From Chthonomonadales bacterium (lineage in GTDB: Bacteria > Armatimonadota > Chthonomonadetes > Chthonomonadales > CAJBBX01), in NCBI GenBank assembly GCA_037443035.1, contig JBBIPC010000002.1:160001-224000 (forward strand): a stretch of DNA of 64,000 bases, given 5' to 3'. A program made the position numbers and the translations under genes. Positions 1-10,113 of the stretch are shown one piece after another. Numbering within the stretch: position 1 is the first letter of the stretch; each line of letters starts with the position of its first letter. Below the pieces are notes generated by a model, which searched no databases, was not told the DNA's origin, and saw only the letters and a program-made list of their open reading frames with translations.

Positions 1-1
1 C

Positions 2-481
2 AGCGACCGAAGGGGACGCGACGAGCATATTGGCCTGCGCTTCTGGGTGCAGATAGACGGGGTGGAGGTGGCGGGCTTCTGTGAATGCTCGCCTATCACC
101 ATCGAAACAGAGACGTTCGACTATCCAGAAGGCGGACTGAACACCTTCGTCCACCGTCTGCCCGTCCGCACTAAGTATGGCAACATCACCCTGAAGCGGG
201 GTCTGGATCCTGGGCAGGATCTTTTTCGCTGGTTCATGTCCACGCTGGACGGCAATACGCGGCGCAGGAATGTCACCATCAGCATCTACGGCCCGCAAGG
301 GAATAGTCCCGTGGAGGAATGGCACCTGCGCGGGGCCTATCCCGTGAAATGGACGGGTCCTGACCTCAAGACAGAGACCGGTGCTATCGCCGTCGAATCG
401 CTCGAGTTCGCCTTCGAAAGCCTGGTTAGTAATAACCTGGGCACCGGGCCAGGAGCTTCTCACAGTGGCTTTCAGCGCTAA
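2..481 (+). CDS. Phage-tail-like tube protein (T4 gp19 / Afp1-Afp5 family) of a CIS; 5' end runs off the window
   Basis: Frame is open from base 2 (..GLRFWVQIDGVEVAGFCEC). It carries the gp19-type motifs YPEGGLNTFVHRLP, NITLKRG, W-x-L-x-x-AYPVKWTGPDL and AVESLEFAFE. Confidence 0.93.
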   Translation, partial: SDRRGRDEHIGLRFWVQIDGVEVAGFCECSPITIETETFDYPEGGLNTFVHRLPVRTKYGNITLKRGLDPGQDLFRWFMSTLDGNTRRRNVTISIYGPQGNSPVEEWHLRGAYPVKWTGPDLKTETGAIAVESLEFAFESLVSNNLGTGPGASHSGFQR

Positions 482-572
482 CAACACTGCGCGAGGTTCC
501 GCCAAGCGGCCGCCTGTATTGGGCTGGGCATGGCGGAAACTTGGCCCTTCGGGAGAGAGGAGGGCTTAGGGG

Positions 573-3500
573 ATGGCCCTATCGGAACAGAAGCTTCGGG
601 AGCTCGCCGAAATCGAGCCGCCACGCTTTCTGGAGCGGATCGCGGATTTCCTCGCCGACTTGACGCTGCGCACTTCCGGCACGGCAGTGCTCGAGCGAGC
701 TCAGGAGGGTGCAGGCCGCCCCATCGGCAGCGTTGGCTTGAACGCCGAGTCCTTCGGCATGTTGCTTTCCCACCGGGCAGCATTCCATGGCGTAGCCGAT
801 CCTGTACAAGGCTTGTACCGCCTGATGAAACCCTACCAGGTCGGCCCTTACGAGCTCCGACAGTTCACCATGTGGCTGGTGAAGTTTCATGACAAGCTCT
901 CTGAAACCGAGGTGCTCCGAGAGCCTCCCGTGGTGGCGGCGGCACCTCAAGCAGAGCCAGCACGCCCCGGCGTCTCACGCGAAGCCGTCGCTCCTGCCCC
1001 ATCACCGCCATCTGCGTACCGCTTGCCCGCCGTTGCCGTGGCCGGAGCTGTCGTCTCAGAGACGGAGTTGGCGAGAGGAAGCCGGCGGCGCGTTCGCATA
1101 GTTCGAGGCCCTGGACATCCCTATGAGGAAGTCGTAGAGGAGGTTCCCGCCGGATCCAGACGAGCGATTCAGAGACCTGCTGGTGGAGGAGGGGCGGAAA
1201 GTACGGCCTCAGCCGAAGCAAGGCCAGCGGCGTCACAGCCGACTCGAGAGCCGGATGTCATCAGCCGAGCATGGCAGGCTGGTCACAGGAGTGGGCCGCC
1301 CGCGGGCATACCGCCAGAAGTCGAAGTGGCGCCTTCCACTGCAAAGCGCGTTGCCATGAGGACATTGTGGCTGTCCAATCTCAGCATGGCCAGCGCTGCG
1401 GCCGGCGTCATGATCGGACGGTCTGTGGCTCCGGCCACCATGGCCGCCCGACTCACGTCGCCAGCGACACTCGGGGTGGCCGGTCCGGCGGCCACCGGCA
1501 GCATGCTTCAACCACCGTACATGTCGTTCCCGCTCAGTCATCCGCCGGTGAGTACGGCCTCGTGGCTCGGTGTTGCCCCGCCGGCCCCCTATCCAGCCGA
1601 GTTCGTGCCCATGCCGGGTGCTCCCGCTCCGCTTCGGAGTCTTGTCGTGCCCCAGCCAGCGTTCGAGCGCCCGTCCATAGTGGCCATGCCCAGCTTCGGT
1701 GTCCAGATGCCGGTCCTGCCGGGTCGTGAGGCACTGAGCATCTACGAGACAGCCCACCAGGCATATACAGGTACGGCGGACGTCCACCCGCGTGGTAGGC
1801 CACGAGGCACAAGGGGCGCGCTCGAAGACGCTCTCCAACCCACCGCAGAGGCATCCATCCACCCTAGTCCTGCCCCGCAGCGCGGACCATCACCGATACC
1901 CGGACTGCTGGCTGCGGGGCTGGCGGGATTCCTACTTGGACGACTGACGTCTCGCGGTGGCGGCCAACCTGTACTAGGTCCCCCGGTATACGATCTGTTC
2001 GCCGAGCCTGTGCCATCACGCACCGGAGTCCCTCGGCTCCGCATCTTCTCAGTTTCGCTACCAGGATCGCTCGAAGCGACGCTCGTCGCACCAGGCGCAG
2101 GTCCCACAGCCGTTGGCGGGACACCTGGCGGTGCCTTCCTCCAGGTCGGGATACCGTTGCTCGGTGCCGGTCCCTCGCTAGGACGCAGATTGGGTACCGC
2201 GCCTGGAATGACTGTGCCTTCTCCCATGGACATTCTTGGTGGCACAGTTGCTGCCCGAGGAGGGCCAGCCGCATCCGCGCCGATTCGGGTGCCGAGCCAG
2301 GTCCTGCCGCGACTTGGAGAAGTCACCCTTATCGCTCCCCCCATGGCGGTAGCATCGGAAGCTGCCGAGCGCCGAGGAAGTGCCGTGGCGTTCGATTGGA
2401 AGGCCCTCGCTCGTGCATCCGGTCCGCTGGACCAGACGGGACTTCGCCGACTGCGCGAAGCTCTGCCGGAGGGGACTCAGGCGATCTACCCAGCTATCCC
2501 TCGCCAGGACCTGCCTGCGGGAGCCGTGAACCTTCGCTTGGCACCTTCGCTGCTACGACCGTTGTTGACCCAAGCGTACGGCTCGCATGCAGCCGGCATC
2601 GCGGGAGCCGCGGCTTCGACCGCCTCCGCCATCGATGTCACACCCCTGTCTGCAGCGCCTACTCCGGCGCGTATCGTACCGGTCAGGCGACCGGCAGGGG
2701 CAGCGGAATCGGTGCTTCCGAGCCCCACACCATCCGTGGCCGGAGCGCTGCAGGAGGCCGGTGCCGGCCAGGCCAGGCGGTCGCCCATGCTCGACTTCCT
2801 GGGGGTGCCAGTCCGTCTCGCCCCCAGCCTTGCGGGACGCGCAGAGCTTCGAGATGAGCTGGCGGCTCGTGGCCTAGCCACACAGGGCGCAACCCCTCAG
2901 GTCGTGCGACCTCACCTGTTCCAGGCACTGCGGGAGCAGGTATTCCCGGGAGTGCAAGCCATTCACGCGGAACCCGACCGCTCGGCTTGGCGCAAGGCTG
3001 CGCCGCACTTCGGCCTCAGAGACTCTGAGCCGACAACGGTTCTTTCGCCTGACGCCCGCATCAAGCCTCCGAGGGCCGACGCGCCGTTGCCCCAACTCCA
3101 TACTGGCGCGCCGTCGCCGGTCCTTCGTCCGTGGCTCGCTCAGACTGTCGCCGAACGGAGTGCCGGGGCCGTACCCATGTCCTTGGCTGCCGCACCGAGG
3201 CTCGCCGAGGCGTTTGGTATGCCTTCTCACAGACCTCTGCATACAACCGGCCGGGTCTCGGAGCCACATCTCGGGATGGATGAGCGCTTCGAGCCGTTCG
3301 CCTCTCCGATGACGGTGCCAATCGGCATACGGGGCATGCCGGGTATGCCGGCTGAGCGGCCTGTACGCTCGCTATGGCCCGCGCCAGAGCCTGACCCTCG
3401 GTCCCCACAGGACCGGAGCCCAGTCCATCTGCCACCCGTGGAAGCACACGGCCGCGTGAGGATCCCAGAAAGCGCTCCCGCTGAGCACGGCGCTCCACCG

Positions 3501-4505
3501 GCACCGTTGTTCTCCGTGAGTGGAGTGCGGCTGGCCGACCGGTCGCCATTGTCGCCTGACCAACTCCCCTCGCTACCTGGCTTACCGGCGCGACCTGCCA
3601 TGCCTGCGTCAGAGCTGGCCAGTCGCCCGTTGTTACCGAGCCTGCGAACAGAATGGCACCAAGGTATCGAACTACCTGGGGCAAGACCAGAGATCCGGCC
3701 GGCGTTCAGGAGTAGTCTGCCCATGGCGATCAGTCTGCCGGGGATCACCCAAGCCCGACATCCTGCGCTCGCATCCGACTCGCTTCCGTCAGCCGGAACG
3801 CTTGACACAGCCACACGCGTGGCCGCAGGACCAATGGAGCAGAGGGTGGCGCGCCCGCTGGTTTCACCGGCACCGTTCGGCGTTCCGATGCTCGCACCGA
3901 TCCCACTGCCGATCTTCGCCAGCACGGCGCAGCGACCGGCGCTCGGCCCAATGCGAAGCGCACCAATGCACCAGACGCTGCCGCAGCCGGACAGGCGGCC
4001 CGCAGAAGGACCTGCGGCCTTACAGCTCGCCGTGCACACGGTTCTGGGCGGTCCACAGCCTTCTGCCACGCCTCTCATGCCAACGAGTCCTGTGCAGCTT
4101 CCCCTGCCGGCTGCGCGTGTGGACATTCCACCCATCGAGCCGCCGCCTATGCCCCTGCCAGGCGCCGGCGAACCGGCATCGCCAGTCGCACTGCGCAGCC
4201 GGGCATCCTCGGTTGTTTCCCACGCACCTCGGCGGTACTACGCCTCGGTGGATGCAGGTCCCGCACGACGGGTAACGGTTCAGAAAGCCACATCGGAAAC
4301 AGCAGGCATCGTTGGCGGGCCTCACCAACCGCTGCCAAGTCCGCATCGCGCCCGACAGATGCCTACCGACACGCAGCGTGCTTCCATCCTGTCCTCGCGT
4401 GAAGAGGGCATGACCGCAAACGAAGTGTTTCTCCTCGCCAATGACGTTTGGGCGATTCTCAAACGACGACTACAGTGGGAGGCGGACCGGCGTGGCCGGT
4501 GGTAA
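573..4505 (+). CDS. 1310-aa Pro/Ala-rich CIS-associated protein with a short helical C-terminal motif; candidate lumen cargo, plug or tape-measure-like protein
   Basis: Long ORF with upstream GAGGAGG, lying between the tube and LysM genes. Mostly low complexity; ends LANDVWAILKRRLQWEADRRGRW. Confidence 0.75.
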   Translation: MALSEQKLRELAEIEPPRFLERIADFLADLTLRTSGTAVLERAQEGAGRPIGSVGLNAESFGMLLSHRAAFHGVADPVQGLYRLMKPYQVGPYELRQFTMWLVKFHDKLSETEVLREPPVVAAAPQAEPARPGVSREAVAPAPSPPSAYRLPAVAVAGAVVSETELARGSRRRVRIVRGPGHPYEEVVEEVPAGSRRAIQRPAGGGGAESTASAEARPAASQPTREPDVISRAWQAGHRSGPPAGIPPEVEVAPSTAKRVAMRTLWLSNLSMASAAAGVMIGRSVAPATMAARLTSPATLGVAGPAATGSMLQPPYMSFPLSHPPVSTASWLGVAPPAPYPAEFVPMPGAPAPLRSLVVPQPAFERPSIVAMPSFGVQMPVLPGREALSIYETAHQAYTGTADVHPRGRPRGTRGALEDALQPTAEASIHPSPAPQRGPSPIPGLLAAGLAGFLLGRLTSRGGGQPVLGPPVYDLFAEPVPSRTGVPRLRIFSVSLPGSLEATLVAPGAGPTAVGGTPGGAFLQVGIPLLGAGPSLGRRLGTAPGMTVPSPMDILGGTVAARGGPAASAPIRVPSQVLPRLGEVTLIAPPMAVASEAAERRGSAVAFDWKALARASGPLDQTGLRRLREALPEGTQAIYPAIPRQDLPAGAVNLRLAPSLLRPLLTQAYGSHAAGIAGAAASTASAIDVTPLSAAPTPARIVPVRRPAGAAESVLPSPTPSVAGALQEAGAGQARRSPMLDFLGVPVRLAPSLAGRAELRDELAARGLATQGATPQVVRPHLFQALREQVFPGVQAIHAEPDRSAWRKAAPHFGLRDSEPTTVLSPDARIKPPRADAPLPQLHTGAPSPVLRPWLAQTVAERSAGAVPMSLAAAPRLAEAFGMPSHRPLHTTGRVSEPHLGMDERFEPFASPMTVPIGIRGMPGMPAERPVRSLWPAPEPDPRSPQDRSPVHLPPVEAHGRVRIPESAPAEHGAPPAPLFSVSGVRLADRSPLSPDQLPSLPGLPARPAMPASELASRPLLPSLRTEWHQGIELPGARPEIRPAFRSSLPMAISLPGITQARHPALASDSLPSAGTLDTATRVAAGPMEQRVARPLVSPAPFGVPMLAPIPLPIFASTAQRPALGPMRSAPMHQTLPQPDRRPAEGPAALQLAVHTVLGGPQPSATPLMPTSPVQLPLPAARVDIPPIEPPPMPLPGAGEPASPVALRSRASSVVSHAPRRYYASVDAGPARRVTVQKATSETAGIVGGPHQPLPSPHRARQMPTDTQRASILSSREEGMTANEVFLLANDVWAILKRRLQWEADRRGRW

Positions 4506-4550
4506 CTGAAGCGCGATGCCGCCTCGAGAGAACGAAGGAAAGGTACAGCC

Positions 4551-5201
4551 ATGGGACTGACCAAAGCCAAGATCATCAACGAAGACACCCGCGAGGTCAT
4601 CGAGTGTCTGTTCAATCCCACCGAGTACACCATCGCCAAAGCCAACTCGTGGCAGCCGAAGCCGGTCGTCGGCAAGAACGTTCCGAAGCTGGACTTCACC
4701 GGCGGCGGTTCTCGCACGCTGGATCTCGAGCTATTCCTCGATGTCTTCGAGCAGAAGGGCGCCGATGTCCGCACCTACACGGACAAGCTTTGGAAGCTGA
4801 CCATGATCGACGAGTCCAAGAAGCACCCGAAAACACGTCGTTCACGGCCACCTCTGTGCACATTCCAATGGGGCGGGAACTGGAGCTTCAAGGCGGCGAT
4901 CACCAATCTCTCCATCCGCTACACGCTGTTCAGGGACGATGGTAAGCCGGTCAGGGCAGTGGCACATGTCACCATGCAGGAGGCGGAGGACGATACAGAA
5001 CAGCGGCGCACCAACCCCACCTCGGGCTCCGAACCCGGACGGAAGCGGCGCGAGGTCCGACCACACGATACCCTCGCACTGATCGCTTTCGAGGAATACG
5101 GAGACGCTGGGCAGTGGCGCCGTATCGCTCAGGCCAACAATCTGGCGGACCCCATGGACCTCCGCCCGGGTCAGATACTGACCATACCGCCCCTTACGTG
5201 A
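4551..5201 (+). CDS. CIS tube initiator with C-terminal LysM-like domain (Afp7-like)
   Basis: IECLFNPTEYTI and RPPLCTFQWG motifs; C-terminal DTLALIAFEEYGDAGQWRRIAQANNLADPMDLRPGQILTIP. Confidence 0.9.
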   Translation: MGLTKAKIINEDTREVIECLFNPTEYTIAKANSWQPKPVVGKNVPKLDFTGGGSRTLDLELFLDVFEQKGADVRTYTDKLWKLTMIDESKKHPKTRRSRPPLCTFQWGGNWSFKAAITNLSIRYTLFRDDGKPVRAVAHVTMQEAEDDTEQRRTNPTSGSEPGRKRREVRPHDTLALIAFEEYGDAGQWRRIAQANNLADPMDLRPGQILTIPPLT

Positions 5202-5269
5202 GCAGCAACAGGCGATCCAGGAAGGTCGAGGCCCTTTGAGCACAGCGTTCGAGTACGGAGGCAGAAGCG

Positions 5270-7222
5270 ATGGCTGAAGAACACCACGTCTCGCACTTCG
5301 CCATGCACATAGACGGTTCACCCGCCCCCAAAGAAGTCATGGACCAGCTTCTCGACTGCACCATCGAGAATAGCCTCCACCTTCCGGATATGTGCACGGT
5401 ACGGATCCACCATGGTGAGGCAGACAAGCAGGGCATGTACAAGTTCATCGATTCGCCTCAGTTCGCTGTTGGCAAGGCGATGAAGATTACGGGTGGTGAA
5501 GGTCCGAGCGGCGATTCGACCCTGTTCGAAGGGGAGATCGTCGGCGTCGAGCTAGACCTGGCCGCACACGGCGTGCCCACTCTGGTGGTGCGATGTTTCG
5601 ACAAGAGCCACCGCTTGCATAGGGGAAGGCAGGCCCGCACGTTCGTTCAGATGAAGGACACGGACATTGTGCAGCGCGTCGCAGGCGAGGCTGGCCTGAG
5701 CGTCGAGGCCGATCAGACCAGCGAAGTCCATGACTGGGTCATGCAGAACAACCAGACCAACTGGGAGTTCCTGCAAGAACGTGCGGCCCGGAACGGCTTC
5801 CGGCTCTTCCTGAAAGACGGCAGCAAGCTGTGCTTCAAGAAGGTCGAGGATGATGGTCGGACAACCCATACCCTCGAGTGGGGCAAGGAGCTACGCAGCT
5901 TCCGGCCCAGGGTATCGGCGTCTCCCCAGGTGGACGAGGTGGAGGTGCGTGGTTGGGATCCCAAGAAGAAACAGGCGATTATCGCAAGAGCCAAGTCCGC
6001 CAAGGGCGTGCCGAAGGTACGGCAGGATCGTCAAGGTGGAGAGGTCGCCAAGCGCGCGTTTGGCAGCGCCAAGATGGTCGTCGTCGATCGTCCCGTCCAT
6101 AGCGAAGGCGAAGCTAAGGCCATCGCCCAGTCGTTGTGTGACGAGATTGGGGCCTCCTTCCTGGAAGCCGAGGGTCTCTGCTACGGCGTGCCGCAGATGC
6201 GGCCGGAGGACATGGTCAAGATCCAGAACATCGGTGATCGTTTCAGCGGTGAGTACCTGGTCACGTCCTGTACCCACACCTACACACCGGCCGAAGGTTA
6301 CGCCACCGTCTTCACTGTGAGCGGCAAGAAACCTCCGACCCTCCTTTCCGTTCTGGAAGGGGATGAGCTGTCTCGTCGTGCGCCCATCGGTGGCAACATC
6401 GTGGTTGGCGTGGTTACGGACAACAACGACCCCGATAACTTGGCGCGGGTCAAAGTGAAGTTCCCCTGGCTCACCGAGGAGCACGAGAGCTTCTGGTCTC
6501 GTATTGCCGTACCTATGTCCGGCCCAGATAGAGGAATGCTGTTCTTGCCCGAAGTCGGCGACGAGGTCCTCGTGGCTTTCGAGCATGGCGACATCCGACG
6601 CTCCTACATCATAGGCTGCCTCTGGAACGGCAAGGACAAGCCACCAAAGACGCGCAAGGACGACTACGCTAGCTCGAAAGCCGTCAATGGCGGCAAGACC
6701 ACTCGCCGGTGGATACGGACGCGCATGGGGCACATCCTGGAGTTCTTCGATGATTGCGATGGCAAGATTGGTGCCACGCTCCGAACCAACGAAGGCTACC
6801 GGATTCAGCTCCGCGAGAACGACCAGCGCATCGAGATCATCACGAAGAACAAGCACATGATGCTACTCGATGACAAGAACGATGTGATTCGGGTCGTGGA
6901 CAAGACCGACGGCAATCACATCAAGATCAGCACGAGCGACAACTCGATTCTCGTCGAAGCGAAAGGCGACATCACCGTCCGCTCCAAGCAGGGCAACATT
7001 ACCCTCGATGCTATGCAGAAAGTCGTCATTACCGCGAAGCAGGGCATCGAGGCGACTACGCCGCAGCAAGTCAAGATCGAGGGTACTGCCGGGTTCAGCA
7101 TCAAGACTGCCGCCAGCGGGTCTGTGGAAGCCACCAATCTCGATCTCAAGGGCAATGCAAAGGCCAACCTCCAGGGCGGCGCCATGGCGACGATACAGGC
7201 CGCACTGGTCAAGATCAACTAG
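5270..7222 (+). CDS. vgrG: VgrG-like spike protein (Afp8; gp27-gp5 fusion)
   Basis: Late-control-D-like N-half (QNNQTNWEFLQERA, VEVRGWDP), gp5 OB fold (GVVTDNNDP..ARVKVKFPW..LPEVGDEVLVAFEHGD) and a beta-helical C-terminus. Confidence 0.93.
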   Translation: MAEEHHVSHFAMHIDGSPAPKEVMDQLLDCTIENSLHLPDMCTVRIHHGEADKQGMYKFIDSPQFAVGKAMKITGGEGPSGDSTLFEGEIVGVELDLAAHGVPTLVVRCFDKSHRLHRGRQARTFVQMKDTDIVQRVAGEAGLSVEADQTSEVHDWVMQNNQTNWEFLQERAARNGFRLFLKDGSKLCFKKVEDDGRTTHTLEWGKELRSFRPRVSASPQVDEVEVRGWDPKKKQAIIARAKSAKGVPKVRQDRQGGEVAKRAFGSAKMVVVDRPVHSEGEAKAIAQSLCDEIGASFLEAEGLCYGVPQMRPEDMVKIQNIGDRFSGEYLVTSCTHTYTPAEGYATVFTVSGKKPPTLLSVLEGDELSRRAPIGGNIVVGVVTDNNDPDNLARVKVKFPWLTEEHESFWSRIAVPMSGPDRGMLFLPEVGDEVLVAFEHGDIRRSYIIGCLWNGKDKPPKTRKDDYASSKAVNGGKTTRRWIRTRMGHILEFFDDCDGKIGATLRTNEGYRIQLRENDQRIEIITKNKHMMLLDDKNDVIRVVDKTDGNHIKISTSDNSILVEAKGDITVRSKQGNITLDAMQKVVITAKQGIEATTPQQVKIEGTAGFSIKTAASGSVEATNLDLKGNAKANLQGGAMATIQAALVKIN

Positions 7223-7231
7223 GAGAAGCAC

Positions 7232-7528
7232 ATGCCACCTGCAGCACGCATGGGAGATCCAACTGCACACGGAGGGGTGATCACGATGGGCTGTCCCACT
7301 GTCCTCATCGGAGGTCAACCGGCGGCCCGTCTGGGCGACATGCACACGTGCCCCATGGTCACACCTGGTACACCGCCGGTCCCCCACGTGGGCGGGCCCA
7401 TCCTTCCGCCGTGCCAGCCTACCGTTCTAATCGGCGGCATGCCAGCCGCCAGGGTCGGTGACATGGCCACGTGTGTCGGTCCCCCCGACTCGATTGTGAT
7501 GGGTTGCGTGACCGTGATCATCGCCTGA
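7232..7528 (+). CDS. PAAR spike-tip protein (Afp10-like)
   Basis: Three PAAR motifs (PAARMGD, PAARLGD, PAARVGD) with His/Cys metal ligands; GGAGA RBS. Confidence 0.95.
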   Translation: MPPAARMGDPTAHGGVITMGCPTVLIGGQPAARLGDMHTCPMVTPGTPPVPHVGGPILPPCQPTVLIGGMPAARVGDMATCVGPPDSIVMGCVTVIIA

Positions 7529-7551
7529 ATCCGCCGGTGAGAGGAGGCCTC

Positions 7552-7959
7552 ATGCCCGACGCAACGAAGGATTTCCTGGGATCAGGTTGGAAGTTTCCGC
7601 CGGTCCTCGATAGCCGTGGCCGCATTGCCCTTGTGCACCAAGAGCAGGACGTCGAAGAAGCCATCCAGATGATCCTCCGAACACGCAAGGGAGAGCGACC
7701 CATGCGACCGCAGTTCGGATCGGACCTGCATCTGCTCGCCTTCATGCCCAACGACGCCAGCACGCAGGGCATGGCCTGCCGGTATGTCCGTGAAGCGCTG
7801 GCATGGTGGGAACCCCGCATCGAGGTGGTCGAAGTCAATGCTCGGGCCGACGAAGCGGATCCGGCACGCATGCTCATTGACATTCGTTACCGGCTCTTAG
7901 CCACGAACTCGGAACGGAATCTTGTGTTTCCGTTCTATGTGATCCCCGGAGAGGAGTAG
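7552..7959 (+). CDS. GPW/gp25 baseplate protein (Afp9-like)
   Basis: Start moved to ATG 7552 behind GAGGAGG. Motifs FLGSGWKFP, ILRTRKGERPMRPQFGS, WEPRI and NLVFPFY. Confidence 0.93.
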   Translation: MPDATKDFLGSGWKFPPVLDSRGRIALVHQEQDVEEAIQMILRTRKGERPMRPQFGSDLHLLAFMPNDASTQGMACRYVREALAWWEPRIEVVEVNARADEADPARMLIDIRYRLLATNSERNLVFPFYVIPGEE

Positions 7960-7968
7960 CACGCCGCC

Positions 7969-10101
7969 ATGTCCCTCCCAAGCCCCAACCTGGACGACCG
8001 AAGCTTCCAGAGCATCGTAGATGACGTCAAGCGTCAGATCGGTCTGCGATGCCCCGAGTGGACCGACCACAACGTCTCGGATCCCGGCGTCACGCTCATC
8101 GAGCTGTTCGCCTGGATGATGGAGATGACGCTGTACCGCCTCAATCAGGTTCCGGAGAAGAACTACCTGAAGTTCCTGGAGATGCTCGGCGTCTCGCTGG
8201 AGCCGCCGCAGCCGGCGCGCACTGACCTGCGATTCCGGCTTTCACGTCCCATCGAGGACACTGACGGAGAGGAGGCGTACGAAGTCACCCTCAAGCCCCG
8301 CTCCACTATCGCGGGCACCGTTCGAACAGAGACCGAGGAGTCCATCGAGTTCGCGACTGACAGTGAACTGAAGATGGTTCGGCCCCGTATGCGCTACGTC
8401 ATCATGGCACCGAAGCGCGACCTGGCTGAAGGTGAGGACGAGCTGACGCGCGACATCCAGGAGTTTCAGCCCGGCCACGGGGCGTTCCAGATTTTCAGTC
8501 CCGTACCGCGGACAGGTGACGCTCTCTACATCGGCTTCGAGAACGACGTCTCGGGGAACCTCATACAGCTAGACGTGGAATGCGTAACCGCCGCGGCTAC
8601 TGGTCTGAACGAAGACTACCCGGCTCAGGTATGGGAGTGGTGGAACGGAACAACGAACAGATGGGAGCGCCTGGAGACGCCCTTCGACGACACCTTTGGC
8701 TGGAACCGGCCTGGTTACATCGAGCTGGACATGCCGCAGAATCTGGTGCCCAGGGTCCTGGGAGGCCGGCGTGCCTACTGGGTGCGTTGCCGATATACGA
8801 TCGATCCGGAAGACGTTCCACCGAAGGGTCCACAGAACCGCGGTCCAGATGAGTACCAGAAGCCGCCTGAGATCACTTCGCTGTTCGCACGCACGGTGGG
8901 CGGCACAGCCCCCGCGAGTCAGTGCACGACGGTATTCGAAGAAGTGCTTGGTCAGAGCGATGGCACTCCCGGCCAGGTTTTCCGCCTCAAGAACGCTCCG
9001 ATCATGCCACGTCGTCCTGGAGAGACGGTTCTCGTCGGCCGCGAGGGTGCGCCGCCCGAGGAAATGCAGAAGTGGACGGAGGTCGTGGACTTCTCCGAAT
9101 CCGGACCGGACGACCTTCACTTCACTTGCGACTCCCTGACCGGGGAGGTAGCCTTCGGACCAGCGATTCCACAACCCGATGGTTCCGCTCGTCGCTATGG
9201 CGCGATACCCGAGAAGGGCATGACGATCGTGTTTTCGGCGTACCGCTTTGGAGGTGGCACACAGGGCAACGTTCGAGAGAACCAGGTCCGCGTCCTCAAG
9301 TCCTCCATACCTTATATCGCGGAGGTGACCAACCCACGCAAGGCCCATGGAGGACAGGACCTGGAGGATATCGAGAGGGCCAAGATGCGGGGCCGCGCTG
9401 TGCTCAAGATGCGCGACCGAGCCGTAACGGCCGAGGATTTCGAGTTTCTTGCCAAACGAGCATCGTCCGGCGTCGGTCGGGCGCGATGCATTCAGCCCGC
9501 CCCTCGGCATCTGTGGACCGATGAAAGCGATGTACCGCCCGGAGTCGTCAAGGTGCTCATCGTTCCGGCGCTGTCCGAGGCCGTCACCGTCCCACGTCCC
9601 GCCGATCTCCGTGTGCCAGAACGCACAAGACGCGATGTCGAGCGCTATCTGGACGAGCGACGGCTTCTCACGACGGTACTCGAAGTCGGCGAGCCGGAGT
9701 ACCTATATGTCTCGACAGACATCGTTCTGGTGGCCGACCCTCATGCCGACGCAGAGGAAGTAGTCCGTCGCGTACGGGAGAAGCTGACGGCGTACCTCCA
9801 TCCGCTCACCGGCGGACCAACGGGCGATGGATGGCCCTTCCGCCGAAGCTTCACCATCTCCGATCTCTATGCACAAGTGGGAGCAGTGGACGGCGTAGCG
9901 TTCCTTCTTGACGCCAAGATATATGTCTCGCAGGTTGCGAACCAGGAAGAGGGCATCCTCGGTCCAGAGCAGCTCGTGCCCAATACGGAAGGCGTACGAG
10001 TGGCAGGTCACCAACTGCTCACCACACGAGAGCACAGGGTACGAGCCCGATCTATCTACCAGGTGGGCGCCGAGGACAGCCCCCTACTCGATGAAGCATA
10101 G
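7969..10101 (+). CDS. Baseplate J-like assembly protein (Afp11-like)
   Basis: LPSPNLDDRSF, PEWTDHNVSDPGVTLIELFAW, LGQSDGTPGQ, RDRAVTAEDFE and YLHPLTGG motifs. Confidence 0.93.
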   Translation: MSLPSPNLDDRSFQSIVDDVKRQIGLRCPEWTDHNVSDPGVTLIELFAWMMEMTLYRLNQVPEKNYLKFLEMLGVSLEPPQPARTDLRFRLSRPIEDTDGEEAYEVTLKPRSTIAGTVRTETEESIEFATDSELKMVRPRMRYVIMAPKRDLAEGEDELTRDIQEFQPGHGAFQIFSPVPRTGDALYIGFENDVSGNLIQLDVECVTAAATGLNEDYPAQVWEWWNGTTNRWERLETPFDDTFGWNRPGYIELDMPQNLVPRVLGGRRAYWVRCRYTIDPEDVPPKGPQNRGPDEYQKPPEITSLFARTVGGTAPASQCTTVFEEVLGQSDGTPGQVFRLKNAPIMPRRPGETVLVGREGAPPEEMQKWTEVVDFSESGPDDLHFTCDSLTGEVAFGPAIPQPDGSARRYGAIPEKGMTIVFSAYRFGGGTQGNVRENQVRVLKSSIPYIAEVTNPRKAHGGQDLEDIERAKMRGRAVLKMRDRAVTAEDFEFLAKRASSGVGRARCIQPAPRHLWTDESDVPPGVVKVLIVPALSEAVTVPRPADLRVPERTRRDVERYLDERRLLTTVLEVGEPEYLYVSTDIVLVADPHADAEEVVRRVREKLTAYLHPLTGGPTGDGWPFRRSFTISDLYAQVGAVDGVAFLLDAKIYVSQVANQEEGILGPEQLVPNTEGVRVAGHQLLTTREHRVRARSIYQVGAEDSPLLDEA

Positions 10102-10113
10102 GGAAGCGGCTAC

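Noticed and set aside
7471..7551. Longer N-terminus for the gp25 gene
   Set aside because: It overlaps PAAR; ATG 7552 has a strong RBS and starts at the family motif.
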